DNA from: Thelocarpon superellum
Lineage: Eukaryota
Length of the DNA stretch: 43,522 bases
Direction: 5' to 3'
NCBI GenBank assembly: GCA_026025795.1
Contig: JAPEUG010000113.1
Span: forward strand, 1 to 43,522
The notes under the pieces are model-generated. The model saw only the letters and a program-made list of their open reading frames with translations, was not told the DNA's origin and did no database searches. Both the position numbers and the translations under genes were made by a program. Positions 9,150 to 21,698 of the stretch are shown one piece after another; position 1 is the stretch's first letter; each line of letters opens with the position of its first letter.

Positions 9150-11936
9150 TCACAAACCAAAGTTGACCACAATCAGACCATTCTCCACCATCACCTCCAC
9201 CCAATCAACGTGAGCCGCGTCGCCAAGCTCCATGATGCTCTGCTCCTGCTGGATGTAGACGAGTTCAAGAAGCTGCAGGATGGTCAACGCACTCGGCGTG
9301 AGGCTGACCCGTTCAAAGGCGCGAATGGCATCCAACGCCTCCCGCTTCTGTGCTGGCTCTACCGAGGCAAAGCCGGCGAGGAAGATGGGCAGTAGGATGA
9401 AGCGCAGCTGGCGCGTGCGCGGGGGTTGGGCGTATTCCCGCGCGATGTGGAGGATGTTGTTGATGCAGTGGTTGACCTCGGTACGTTCATCTGGTGTCGC
9501 CTCGATCCACTGAGAGGACCACATGGAGCAGTGCGAGTAGATGAGGCAGGCACAATACAGCGCCCAGGACTAGCCATGTCGGCCCAGGTTAGCCCATATT
9601 TGCTCAAGAGAGTGCCACCATCGCCATCGCCATCGCCATCGCCGTCGCCGTCGCCCTTGCCAGATGCTCACCTGCTCGAAGAGATGCCGCGTCTGGTCGG
9701 GCAGAGTGTGGATCCCACGAGCCGCCGCCAACCGTACCGATGCCGGGACGCCGGCCACCCACAGGCGTCGAAGGGCCTCGCGTATCTCCGTCGCCTGCCG
9801 AAGCCGCTCGCCGACGACGTACTCGACGTTGACGCGGGCGGGGTCGGGCGGCGAGAGGTGTTGTCGTGCGTAACGTCGAAAATCTCGCGAGAGGAGGCCC
9901 AGCCGCGACGTCAGCAGCAGGAGGTGCAGGTGAAATTGGAGGAACGGTCGGTACAAGTCGGGTGCGTCGCTGGCAGCGCCGGGCGGGCGGGACGGATCGG
10001 GGGTCGTCGCCGCATGATCAGGCACTGTTGGGATGAGATTGTTCTTGACCACGATCTCGACGAATCGGCCATCGCCGCACTGACACAGCGCGGCGTGGGT
10101 GTCGATCATGGCCACGAAGAGGAGGAGAAAGGGATGCGGCTCGTGGCGCAGGATGTCATGTCGTGCCACGACAATATCCGTGAGGCGCATGAGATGGACG
10201 GACCACAATGTCGACGCACCTTGCTGGGCCGCGCCAATCTACGTTGTCGCATTAGCCCCCGCCCGACTTGCCGGCGTCTCATCTCGCATCTGGAGGGCAC
10301 GGTACCTCGTACAACAGAAGGAAGAAGTGGGTGAAGAGAAAGCCATCCGAGGACAGGTCGTGCTGATGACGCACGGAGTCATTGAGCGACGGGAGCGCTT
10401 GCTGATAGTGCTGGAGCGCGTCCACGCTGCGATTGCCCTCTCGGTGGTCCAGGCTGAGCGAGGAAAGGGCCAGCATGGAATGATAGAGCTGCAAAGAGAC
10501 CGTTAGCTCCAGCGCCACCGCGTCGCAGGCGTCGCAGGCGTCGCGGACCCACCGGCGGAAATCGCACGGCACTCCGTTGAAAGATGTCGGGACCCGAGCG
10601 ACCGTCGCGCTCCCAGAACATCTGGGAAGACAGACGCTGTCGATAGTGGGCGCGCAACCGCGCGTCCGGGTCCTCTCGTGGTAGCAGATCGGGTTCGGAC
10701 TCCAGGTCGGGTTCGAGCTCGGGCTCAAACTCGGCCGCGAGCGCGGGGTCGACCTCCTCAATCTTCACGGGAATGGGAAGGCGTGCCAATTCGGCCGGGT
10801 CGGGCGCAGGCGCGAACTGGGGCGGCGGGGAGGGAGGAGGGGAGGCACGCGGAGGGGATACCGGGGGCGGGGATTCTCGGGGTGGGGAGGATTCGGTGGA
10901 TTGGGGGGAATCGGCCGCGACTGGTCGGGCGGGGGCCTGGGAGCCCCGTCGCGCCGGCTCTTCAAAGTGGCGGAGGATGATGACATGGGGATCGTCCGTG
11001 TCGGCGAGGGGCGAATCGAGGCTGCTTTCACGCGCTGCTCGAGCCTCCGTCCGCGTCTCGGTCGTACTCGGGCCCGGCCCTGCCTCATCTTCATTGTATT
11101 CTGGAAGCGTGGCGAAACTCTCCGGATTGACGACGACATGGAACGTTCCCGGCTCATGGTTCTCGGCCTTGCGCTCGCGTTCTTCGTCGTTGGTGAGCTC
11201 GCTAAAGGGCGGGAGGTCATCCTCCTCGACGGATCGGGCCCGACTGCTCTCGCGGGACGGTGATTGCGCTGTGACGCATGGTGAGCGGGGTTGGCATATG
11301 GGTCGCGGACCAGCCTGGCCGACGTACGATCCCACACCACATTTCCCTCGGTCGACACGCGCCGAAAGCTGCGGAAGCCGCCGAGGATACGCGGCGTATC
11401 ATCGCGAAAAGCCAGCCGGGGATTGTAGTCGCACGTGTGATTCAACCGGGCGCATTGCTACAACAGAGATCAGCGAGACGGGAATGCCCAGGTGGGAGAT
11501 GGGATCCGGCGGGCACACTCACCGCGCATGAAGGTCGCTCTTCGGAACATTTCACCTTTCGTTGCTTTGCCTGGTCAGCCTGAGCTCTCATGCGCGCTCA
11601 ATGGCCTGAACGGGACGACGCGGAGTGCTCTCACCCGACATGTCCTGTCGCCACACCGTCACCATCCTGTCCGCGTCAAGACGCCGAGGGAAGCCAGGGA
11701 AAGGGGGGAAGAGGATGGAGTCACAGGTGCAGGACATGGACCGGGGGGACGCGGACACAAGGGACTCACCAGCAACCAGTCCGTGACCTTGGCGGGGGCA
11801 GGCGTCGTCGGGTGGGCAGAGTGGTGGTCTCACCGGGGCCGGGCGGCGCGCTGCTGCTCGGTGTGGGATGGGGCAGCTCCTCCTTGGGAGCAATGGCAGA
11901 GAGCTTTCTCGACGGCTCCCCGCGCCGATTTTGCAT
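9150..11936 (-). CDS. Zn(II)2Cys6 fungal transcription factor with C-terminal fungal-specific TF domain
   Basis: Eight exons: 11936-11770, 11644-11635, 11564-11523, 11457-11328, 11268-10553, 10488-10306, 10238-9672, 9569-9150. Spliced cluster RSRTGCWTCRQRKVKCSEERPSCAQCARLNHTCDY. C-terminal LYHSMLALSSL, THFFLLLYEI, LLPIFLAG, VDWVEVM..VNFGL. CTGACATTGCAG directly before the ATG suggests a further upstream exon, so the start is uncertain. Confidence 0.88.
9616..9656. repeat. (CCATCG/CCGTCG)n hexamer microsatellite inside the last intron of the transcription factor
   Basis: caccatcgccatcgccatcgccatcgccgtcgccgtcgccc lies within intron 9671-9570. Confidence 0.85.
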
Positions 11937-14149
11937 CTGCAATGTCAGAGCGAGGGTCGTGGGCCGGGGGGGGGATCAGATGTGGAGAAGAGCAGGCCCG
12001 GGGGAGGGGGGTGGGGAGGGGGGGCGGCCGCGGACGAGGTCGCGGGACGGCAGGCCGGGAAGGAGGTCGGCCAACGTATCAGTCTCGCGGACAATGGACG
12101 TCACCGCCGGGTGTGAAACCAGCGAATCGGGACGAAGCACAGCGGTGGACCAAGGGCGTGGCCTTCAAGGGCCACGGTGGAGGTGGCCAGCGAAGCACAA
12201 GGTGCATGGGCCAATTGTTTAGGCATCACGCAAACCTTGTAGGGTACCTGTGAGCTATCGGCCGCCGAAGTTTATCCGTCGTCACTGACACGCCAGTCTC
12301 ATCAAGCCTCAATCCTCGAGCACGGACGATGACGAGCGGGGCGGAGCCGATGGTCGGACCGGAGCGGCCGCCACCCGCAGAGTCCGGCGGTGGGATGGGC
12401 AGAAGCACCAGGATGACGACAAGAATAGCAAGCGCGCGGGCGGACGAGCGGAGTTCGGTGGGCCGGCCGATGGGCCAGCCGGAGGTCCCGTCAGCATCCG
12501 AGCTAGCTCCGGCACGCTCTGGGGGGACGCAACGGAGCATCTCCACGATAGTTCAGGGGCAGTCACGGTGGGCGGGGCCACGGCGAGGGGACTAGTCGTC
12601 CACCGGCCGGCATCATCTCGACCACGGTCCTCTCCACGGCCACGCCCTCCCGCGGCCGGCGCGGGCACGTTGGTGCGGTGGGAGACGATGGACGTGGGTT
12701 GGGCGTGGAGCAGCAGACGTTGCAGAGCAGCTAGGGCCGACATGATGTACAGCGTACAGTAGACTACTTGCGTCGACTGCTCACACCATCAAAACAATCC
12801 TAAATCTGGCCTCGACCTGCAGCAGCTCCGGCCGGGGTTTGCCGGCCGGAGGGATGGGGAGAGGGCAGGGATCGGAGTGGCGAGGAGGGTGGGATCCAGG
12901 CGCGGATCCAAGCCAAGGCCAAGCCACGACAGGGACGGGGGGAGGCAAGGCTTGCCAGGAATGGCAGGCTGCACAGGCTGCATTAGTCGACCTGATGGCC
13001 GGCGGGAGTCTACTCGGATGTGACCCATGCTGTTCCAAATGCGACCCTCCCACGCTCTGGTGGTGCCGCCCGGCCCCCGCCCAGATCCGACGACCCTCTG
13101 GGCGTTGGGCAACAGAAGAATTGAGGCCGAAGAGCAGGCGCTGCCCGCCAATGACAGCCGCGGTCCTGCTCGGGCAAAATCTCCCTTCCTCGCGTGACGG
13201 ATCATCCGGCCTAACGCGAACGAGGTCCGCCGTCAAAACCTTAACCCGGGGAGGCCCATGGGCGCCATGGTCGTGATCTGCTCTAGGTCGGGCTCGCGAT
13301 GCGATCTGCCGGGCCACCGAGGTGCTCCCGGCCGGACGGAGGAAGGCTCCACGGAATCGGCCGGAGCGCCAAGAGAGGGTCCGCGCGAGGGTCCGCGCGA
13401 GAGACATCGCAACGGCGGATGTTTCGTGCAAGCCACATTCGGATCCGCCCCACCGCGTCTGCCGCCGCCAGGACGCGAAGCGTCGCCTGGCGGGCGCTCC
13501 CTTGCTGGGGATCTCAACGGGCCTCCAGCCGGCAGCAGGCATGGCAACCATGGCGGCGGGCCTGAGCGGTCCGCGTATCCAGCGCCCCGGAACTGGCCGG
13601 GCCGAGGGACGGGTGAGACGTACACGCACAAGCACACCGCGAACGCTTACAGAACGGGCCGTCGAGGAGCGCAAAGATGGCGGCGCGGCGCCACGGGCAC
13701 TGGCGGAGATGCACTTCGGCCGACCAGAGCCTTACGACGGTCTTGCGGGGCGGATACAGGGAGGGAGGGAGCGGCGGCGGGCAGGGTCATGTGGTGAAGC
13801 GCGTGGCCGATTTCATCGCCACCCGGGGACAGGCGGCATCGGGCGCAGGAGGTGCAGTGCCTTTCCGCTCACCTCGCCAGCCGCCAGCACGATCGACGCC
13901 AAGCCCAGGTGGAGCACGGAGATCCGACGGCATTGCGCAGGGATCCGCGGCATCGGGACTCGTCTCAACCCACACTCGCGACCTGCAAGGCGGTTCATTG
14001 CCACGTGAAATGAGAGGCGCCCGAGCGCGCCAATAAGCGGCCCGCGAGGAAGAGCAGCGCAGAGAGAGTGGACGGAAGCCAAGGATCTGACTGGAGTTTC
14101 CTCGCTCCCCGAGTCCCTCCAGATGGGAGACGGAGGCGTGGGCCCCTAG

Positions 14150-17100
14150 TTAGTGCATCTTGCCTAGCGCCCGATCTAGAACCAGCAGGACGGCGGGATC
14201 GCGTTCAGTGCGCTTCGCGGTGAGGAGGTGTGCCTGCAGCTGCGCCCACGCGTGCGATGAACCGGAGGCGTCTTCGGATGAGTCTGCAGACGGCTCTGCA
14301 GACACCGGTGCAACCCCCGGTCGTAGCGACAGGCCCAGCGAGAGGCCCAGGTCGGTCAAGACCTCGGCAGATTCGGCTCTCTTGACGCGTTCCGTGCTTC
14401 CGCCACCTTCGGCGGCCGGGAGCATGTCCACCAGGGCGCGCAGGGGTTGCTCGCCCGCGAGCGGCACATCATCAGTGCCCCGTTGACGTGTGATGGTCGA
14501 GTGCAGCTCACGGCCCAGCGTCGTCAGACCCTCGCAGATGGCGAGCTGCACGGACGTCGCATTAGACCGACCGGCGCGCCCGGCCAATTCTCCGAGCTGG
14601 GCGAGACGTATGCTCAGGTCTACGACGCCACCATCAGATATCAGTCTCTTCGCCTGCCATCCGTGTTCGTGTCCGCGACATCACGACGTCGCGATGGTCC
14701 CCGGCGGACGGTGGGACGTACCTGGACCCGACAGCGTGGTCGGGTGGATGGACAGAAAGGCCGCCAAGATAGCGCTGGCCAGGGTTGAGGCCCGACTAGA
14801 CGAACGGGTGGCTCAGTCGTTGGCCGCGGTGTGGCTTGCGTGTGCGCAGTGGGCTACGGGGGACGGGAGCGCTCTACCACACTCGTACTCGGACTCACCT
14901 GCTCGTAGAACCAGAAGACGACGCCGTCGCGCCGCTCCGGCCCGTGACCCCTCCGCCCATACGCCTGCCTGCGCCTGCATCTGCCTTCGCATATGCGTCG
15001 TCGGCCTCTGCAATCTCCATCCCGTCACCATCTGGCGAGAGCTCCTGCACGAGCTCCCCCACCCGGTCCAGGATGACTAAGGACCAATCGTCTTGGTCAT
15101 ACGTCGCCGCGAATTTGCCGAGATTGAGCATGGCGGGGCCACGATACGCCGCATTCTGCCGACGACTCTCGCGCAGCAGGTCCTATGGAACGTGGTTCGT
15201 CAGCCGACCGCGCGAGCTTCACCGGCGCCTACCTTAAATGCGCCTCAAACACCACGATGGCCGGGGAGGTAGGGGTTGGAGGCAGCCTCGACTGGGGTGA
15301 GGACGAGGGCTCATCAAACAGGGTCTGTGCGCGCCACGTCGCCCACACCAGCCAAGCCGGCCGCGAAATGGGCCGGCTTGGGCTCTCGTTCCGACGAGCG
15401 ATGCAAAGTCCGTCCAACTCAACGTCGCCCTTGGCCATTCTACCTTACTCCAGAGCTGATGGTGGGGCGCGGGCGCGAGCGTAGACTCAGTCGGGCCGGC
15501 TGCCACGGCAGATTTGCCGGCGTCGGTACCAGACCGATCGAGGCGACGAACTGCCCACCCGCCCGGGCCCACGCTAGTGGCCTGGACTGGCTCCGAGAGC
15601 TCGCGCATGGCCGACCCACCAGATCTCCGCGGGCGTGGCCAGCGGCCACGAGCTCCGAGGAAGAGGGAGGAGGCTTTCGACAGAGGAAAGGGCCATGGAT
15701 GGCGCAAAAGTGCACCAACAAGCAGCGAAAGGGGCCGAAAGCAGCCAAAGGCCTTGGTTTCGCGGGTGTTCACGTACCTTTTTGATCTGCGCCGTGACTT
15801 CCGGTCGTTGTTGTTGTAGCTGTCGGCTATGCTGGGCAAAGTTCACATATGCCTCCAGCACGCGTTCCTTTCCCGCCCACGTCTTTTCGTTGAGGGCGCG
15901 CGCCAACGCGGGCCAGAGCAACTTCTGTTGCGACAGGCTCAGCGTCTGACCCTGGCTGGCTACATCTGCGGCATCGGCGATGCCAAGCGCCGCCGTGTGC
16001 TTCACCACCCATCGGGCCGAGTCGAGATGTGACGCCGCCAGGCCCACAATCTCCCCCAAGTACAACAGGACGGCGCGGGTGCCGCCAACATGCTCGTCCC
16101 AGGTCTGCGCGAATCGTTCCTGGACCTGCTCGTCTTGGTCATGCTTGGCGATGAAGACGAAGGGCAAGAATGCGGTAGCCGCCGCTAAGAACCGATCCGT
16201 GGCACTACCAATCGTTAGATATCGCTCTTGGGTAAAGACCCCCTCCCTCCCCCCTACGAATTAGTAGCGAGGAATCCCGCCGAAGCTTCACGCTTCAGCA
16301 GCGGAAGGATCGAGGGAGCAAGGGAGCGAGGGACCAGCGCCAGGACGGCCGACGTACTATTTGGAAACGGCGTAGACGAGCTCTCCGGCCGTCACCCGTT
16401 GCCTGTCTTCTACCCTGTGGATTAGGCCCCTTGCACAACTTTATGCGCTGACCCGCACCTGGAGAGAGCCTACCGTCTGCATCGAAATACATGGCCTGGG
16501 CGAAGCGCTCGACCTCGAGCACCTGCGCGTCGGGCACCAATCGGGTCAAATAGCCGGCTGCGCTGGCGTACGACGACGAGACTGCGTCGTTGCGGTCTCG
16601 TACCGTCCGCTGCACCGTCTTGAGGATCAGGCCGGCATGTCGCCGGAAGAGCTGGTTGTGGCGGGTGGAGAGGCTGACCAACACCCGACTGCAGCCGACC
16701 TAGAGTCCACGAGGCCGTGTGAGAATCAGGCGTGCGTGGTGGTATCTTGCCTTGGGGTGACACGCACCTTGGATGGCATGCCGACCGCGCTGCGCATGGC
16801 CTGGTCTAGCCGTGGCACGAGCGCGGCCATGGCCTCCTCGTCCAGGAGGTCAAGACAGCGTTCGATGGCGTCCATCATGGGTGAGCTGCGAACACTCTTC
16901 AACCGGGCGGCATCGATCTGTCGCGTGTTAACCAGCACCCGGTGGCCTCCCATCGCGCTTCCACCCACCTTGTCTTCCGTGAGGTTGTACTTGGCTGCAT
17001 TCAGGTGAAGATAATTCACCGCTTCGGGCTCGAGGGTGCTGAGCAGGCCCAGGAGACGTTCGACCAAGCCAGGGACGAAGGGTCGCAGCGATCGGGTGCC

Positions 17101-20100
17101 CGTCTTGGCCAGCCGGAGCACCGTGTCTGCCTGAGGGTCAGCAACTATCGTCATCCACCGCCGATTGCGACGAGCGAAGAGAGAGCTCACCCAGCGCGAA
17201 GGCCTGTACTTCAGTCGCCGACGCTTCCAGTCCCGACGGCGACATGAGAAAGGGCATCACGTTGTCCAGCATGGCCGTCGCCGACCGTGACGACGACCCT
17301 GCCTCGACGCTCCGCACCAACAGACTTGTCAGCACACGACAGAGCGCCATGGCCGCCGCGCGGACCGACTCCTTGATGTCGTCCAGCACCTTGAAGGCCA
17401 TGGTCCAGATGCGACCGAGGTAAGTTTGGTACTGGACGGCCCGACCGTGGTGCCCCGGTCAGCGATGCCCGACCGCGACCCTCGGATTCTCTCCCACTCA
17501 CCTTCTCTGCCGGTCGGCCTTGAATGAGATCGGCGATGGCCGCGCAGCTGGCCTGACGCACCCGCCACTCGCGCCCGATGATGCTGAGCAGCAGGTCGTC
17601 CATGATGGCGTCAAAGTGTCGGTCGAGCGCCGCGATCGGGTCCTTGACGAGCGCAGACCAGATGTCGTTCATCGATTGTTGCACCTTGGGATTCGGATCG
17701 AAACGATATCGATAGAGCTTGGGATAGAGCTTGGGATTCTGGGTCAGGTAGCCGTCGGTGCTGGACTCAGACAAGATGTTGCCCAGACCGAAGCGGCCGA
17801 ACGCTGCCCGGCTCGACCACACCGCGTTGCTCGAGGCCATGGACATGAATCGGTACACGAGCGACGGGTCTCCGACCTCGGCGGCGAGGCTCATAATCTG
17901 GGTCGGCACAGTCAGCCACATGAACGCGACCTCGTCCGACTCGGCAGCCCAGATCCATATACATCCTTATACGTCGACACGGACCCATCACCCGTGGGCA
18001 GCGCCCCGGGCTCGAAGAGCTCCGTCTCTGCATCCACGTGGCCCGACAGTTGTGTCTGGGTGCCGGTGAAGGACGCGACCAAGTCGCGGACCAGATCATC
18101 CTACGCGCGTCAGCACAGGCCGTGGCCGCCGATGGGGCTCTCGCGACGCACCTTGAGCTCCCGGTCGCCTTTCTCGTAGATGAGCGTGAGGCCACGCGAC
18201 GCGGATTCCTGTACCAGTTCTGTCTCTCGGCCTCAGTCCCGCGCGCGGCTCCCTGGGCGCTGATGGGGCGGGGGCTCCGACTCACCGTCTCGGTCGGACA
18301 GAAATCCCTTGAAGGCGCTTTGACAGGCGCGAAGACGCAGCTGCACGTCCGACAGATGGCCGCAGTATTGAATCAGACAGAGTAACCAGATGCATGACGC
18401 CCGTCGCAGGGACGGTTTCGTTTGCTTGCAATCCGCGAGGATCTTCTCCAAGACGTCGGACAGTGTATGTGTGCGCGTACTGGACGACGGACGAGGCGCC
18501 TCAACATCCAGCTGCAGCAGAAGTGAGTTCATCTGCCAACCCGTCGCCGCGCAGCTCAGGGCCTCTCCCACGGTAAAGTGCACCTCGACTTGACGCAGCT
18601 CGTGCAGCTGGTAAAGATGGTCCAAGGTTTGGCCAAGCCCCACGTCATCTTCCGTGTACGTCATGGCGAATCGTCCAAGCGCGAGGACGGCTCGCTCATT
18701 CCCGGCCTTGGCCTTGACGACGAGATGATCGACCATGTTTGGGCCCTCCGATGCAGACGCAAGGGTGGAAGGCATCAGGACGGCGAAGAGACTCAGCTGG
18801 TCGACCGCAAGGATAGCCGCGTCTTGGAGGAGAGTGTCCCTGGACTGAGCGAGAATGATCAACACCCGACTGATGAAGGCCGGCACATCCACCAAGGACG
18901 ATGGCTGCGGCCTGCCTCGCGCCGCACTCCGGCTGACGAGGTACACCAGAGACAAAATGGAGCCATGTGTTCGATACACTTCACTGCCAACCGCGGACTT
19001 CCAGCGACTGGCCTGATCCGTAAAGGCCTGGGCGAGGGTGCGGACGTGTTCGGGAGGGCACGACGGATGCGATGCGAGGATCCCGAACGCTTGAGCCGCA
19101 AGCTCTCTCGTTTTGACCGTGTTTGACTTGACCGCGCGCTGCACCTCGTTCGCCCGATATGCAAGGGATGCCGTGAGGGCATCGTCGGACAGGCCACACA
19201 GCTCGACCAGACATTGGCCGCAGGGGTCGAGACCCTCACCATCGTTTGCCACGAGTCCGTCAAAGGCGGCCTGAAGCAGTCGCTGGAATGCCATCCGGTC
19301 TCGCTCTGGCCCCGAGATGACGAGCGAATGGAGTCTCGACTTCAATGCGGCGCGGGCAGGCTCATCTGATGAAACGGCGGCGTCCAACCGCCGTTCCCAG
19401 TCGGCGTCCACTTTGACATCCACGGATACATCTCGAAGCGACTGCGCCAAGAAGACGCGGCGTGCGTAGGCAACGGACGGGCCAAAGAGCGAGGGGTGGT
19501 GTTGAAACCGCTCCGATTGAAGAGGCCTGTGGAAGTCTGACGTGGGGTTGCCGGGCGGTGCGACGAAGAGAAAGGCAACCAGCTCGGCGAAGTCGGGCAG
19601 CGTATAGCGAGGGTCATTGACGGTGGGCGATGACGAGGCTAGTGTATCGCTGGGAGGGTTCAGGATCTGATACCAATAGGGATCGAGCCCCTTACGTCCC
19701 TCTTCCACGACCTCATTCCGTTCGTTCGACCGACCACTGACCGCTAGCAGGCAAATCCATCGCGCCACCACGTCATGGTAGGGAAGACATCTGGTGGCGA
19801 AGCGCACGGCCATGAAGCGAGTGCTTCTTTGCACCTTGTACGGGTCACCCGCCGGGCTTTCCTGCCCGATCTCCAGGCTCATATGCTGTAGCAGCAGGCC
19901 GCGCAAACTCTGCTGGAGCTCTTGGTCCAAGGCGCCAGCCATGGCTTGCAAGACGCCCCCCAGGGTTTCGCTCACGCTGACAGAGATATTCTCGGCCGAG
20001 GGTTCTGCACTCAGCGAGGTGAAGAGCCATCGGACGAGGTTCAGGTTCGGGTCCAGGAGAAGATCCGCCGGACTCGCGCTCGCCAAGAGGCCGATCAGTT

Positions 20101-21698
20101 CATACACCAAACCGCGCTGACTGGATTCGGTGGAGGATGCGCTTTCGGCATGCATGGTCGGCCACCCCTGACCTTCCACGTGGTCTCGAAGCCGATAGAC
20201 CAATTGCGGTGCCAGGCGCTGCCGATCGGGGAGAGATCCCATCTTCGCCACCCAGTTGACAAAGGCGAAGATGGCCGCGCGGAGTTTCGACGCTTCTCGT
20301 CCGGATGGTGCCGCCGCGGCCGTAGTTCCTTCTTCCGAGGATGCGTGAATCAGACCGCCTTCTACCACCTGCACGATCTGGCCCACGCAGGTGGTAGCGA
20401 TGGTCGATCGTGACAATAAGTTCAGGATCTTCGTCTTCAACGCCGGCTTGACCGCGGGCCGGCCGGTGGAGGAGTCGCCGAGGTAGATGTCAAACAATGC
20501 CGTCACGCGGGCGGTATCAATGTTGACGTTGGGTGCGGAGCGCTTCAGCATGTCGTCTCCGAGCTCCGCCACGCGGGAATTGACATCGGCGCTGGCGTAG
20601 AGGGCTGGTAGGAATCGCTCGTCATCGGTGAATGCCCCACTTGACAGGAGTTTTGCGATGGCGACCTTGGTCTCCATCAAGTTCAGGCCGGCCGGGTCGG
20701 ATCGATCCCAGGTTTCGTGCTTGCCACCGAGGGTCAAGAAGCTATATTCTTCGGAAGTGAGACCCGGAGGGACCGTCGGGGGTAAAGACAGGTTACCATC
20801 CGATGTCCGGATGGACTGGACCACAAGCAGCAAGGTTTTGCCCAGGTACGTGGCCAGGAAGGAGGCATCGTCGCGACGATCGAGCAGCCCAAGCGTGGCC
20901 CGCAGCTGAGCATCGTCCTGGCTGCCCCGAGGGGGAAGTGATAGATGCGGCAATAAACGTAGAACGAGATTGAAGATGATGGCTCCGTCGGTGACTGATT
21001 TGGCGGCGTCTCCGTGGATACCATGAACGACGGCGGGTAACAGCTCGACTCGTTCCTTTCTCGACACTGTCAGCGAAGCTGGCAGGGGGAGTGTCCCTCG
21101 GGTCCACTCCTGTTCACTCACCCTCGGCGGTACCCGGGTGATACCCTGCTGGAGGTAGAGGAGGTCAAAGTGCCTCAGCAATGGAGTGGCAGACGGGTCT
21201 TTGAATTGGGCCAGCAAGGCCACGAGCGGTAACTTGATCGTCCTGCGTAGCGTGATGAGCACGCTGCCACGGCCAGAGGGACAAGCACCCAGCTTACGGG
21301 GGAGCAATCCGGGCGTTGACATGCTGTAAAATGCTGATCACCTACGCGCCGGGCATCAGGTCGAGTCAGCCGTGTGGCATTGCCCGCCGGGAGCCTCTCA
21401 GACGGCACATTGGACGCGAGCCGACCGACACGCCGCGGGCACAGACAAGCACGAACAAGGCGACGAGACGTGGAGAGGCGGGAAAGCAAAGTAGCAGAGA
21501 GGGCGGGAGCGTGGTTCATACTTTGTTGCGGACGCTGAGATGCTCGCTGGCCAATTTCAACAGCAAGGGTGGCAGGTATGTCTTCAAGATGGTCTCCAGC
21601 TTGGTCTCCGAGTCGGCCAGGGCGATGCGGAGCTCGACTTTGGAGACCAAGGTGAGCTCCCGCGCCTCGGGCGACGGGGCGGCGGAGGCGGAGGCCAT
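14150..21698 (-). CDS. ECM29: Proteasome adaptor/scaffold ECM29 (HEAT repeats), multi-exon
   Basis: N-terminus ELTLVSKVELRIALAD..YLPPLLLKLAS..VRNKV. Conserved blocks LASEVGDPSLVYRFM-like, AAFGRFGL, LYPKLYRYRFDPN, REWRVRQASCAAIADL, KVLDDIKESVR, LSTLEPEAVNYLHLNA, SSPMMDAIERC, FVFIAKHD, LLRESRRQNAAYR. Many GT-AG introns; last exon ends LDRALGKMH*. Not every internal junction was resolved. Confidence 0.93.

Noticed and set aside
12200..14100. Several 130-300 aa ORFs on both strands between the TF and ECM29
   Set aside because: Arg/Gly/Pro/Ala-rich with no motifs, as expected by chance in high-GC DNA; more likely promoter or leader of the TF.
15229..15438. 69-aa ORF in the ECM29 intron as an alternative coding exon
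   Set aside because: Splicing it from the 15232 donor joins the next exon out of frame, and the in-phase frame has a TGA five codons before the donor.
15183..15777. TPP riboswitch controlling alternative donors in the long ECM29 intron
   Set aside because: Only an isolated CTGAG is present; the remaining aptamer consensus is missing and the gene is unrelated to thiamine.
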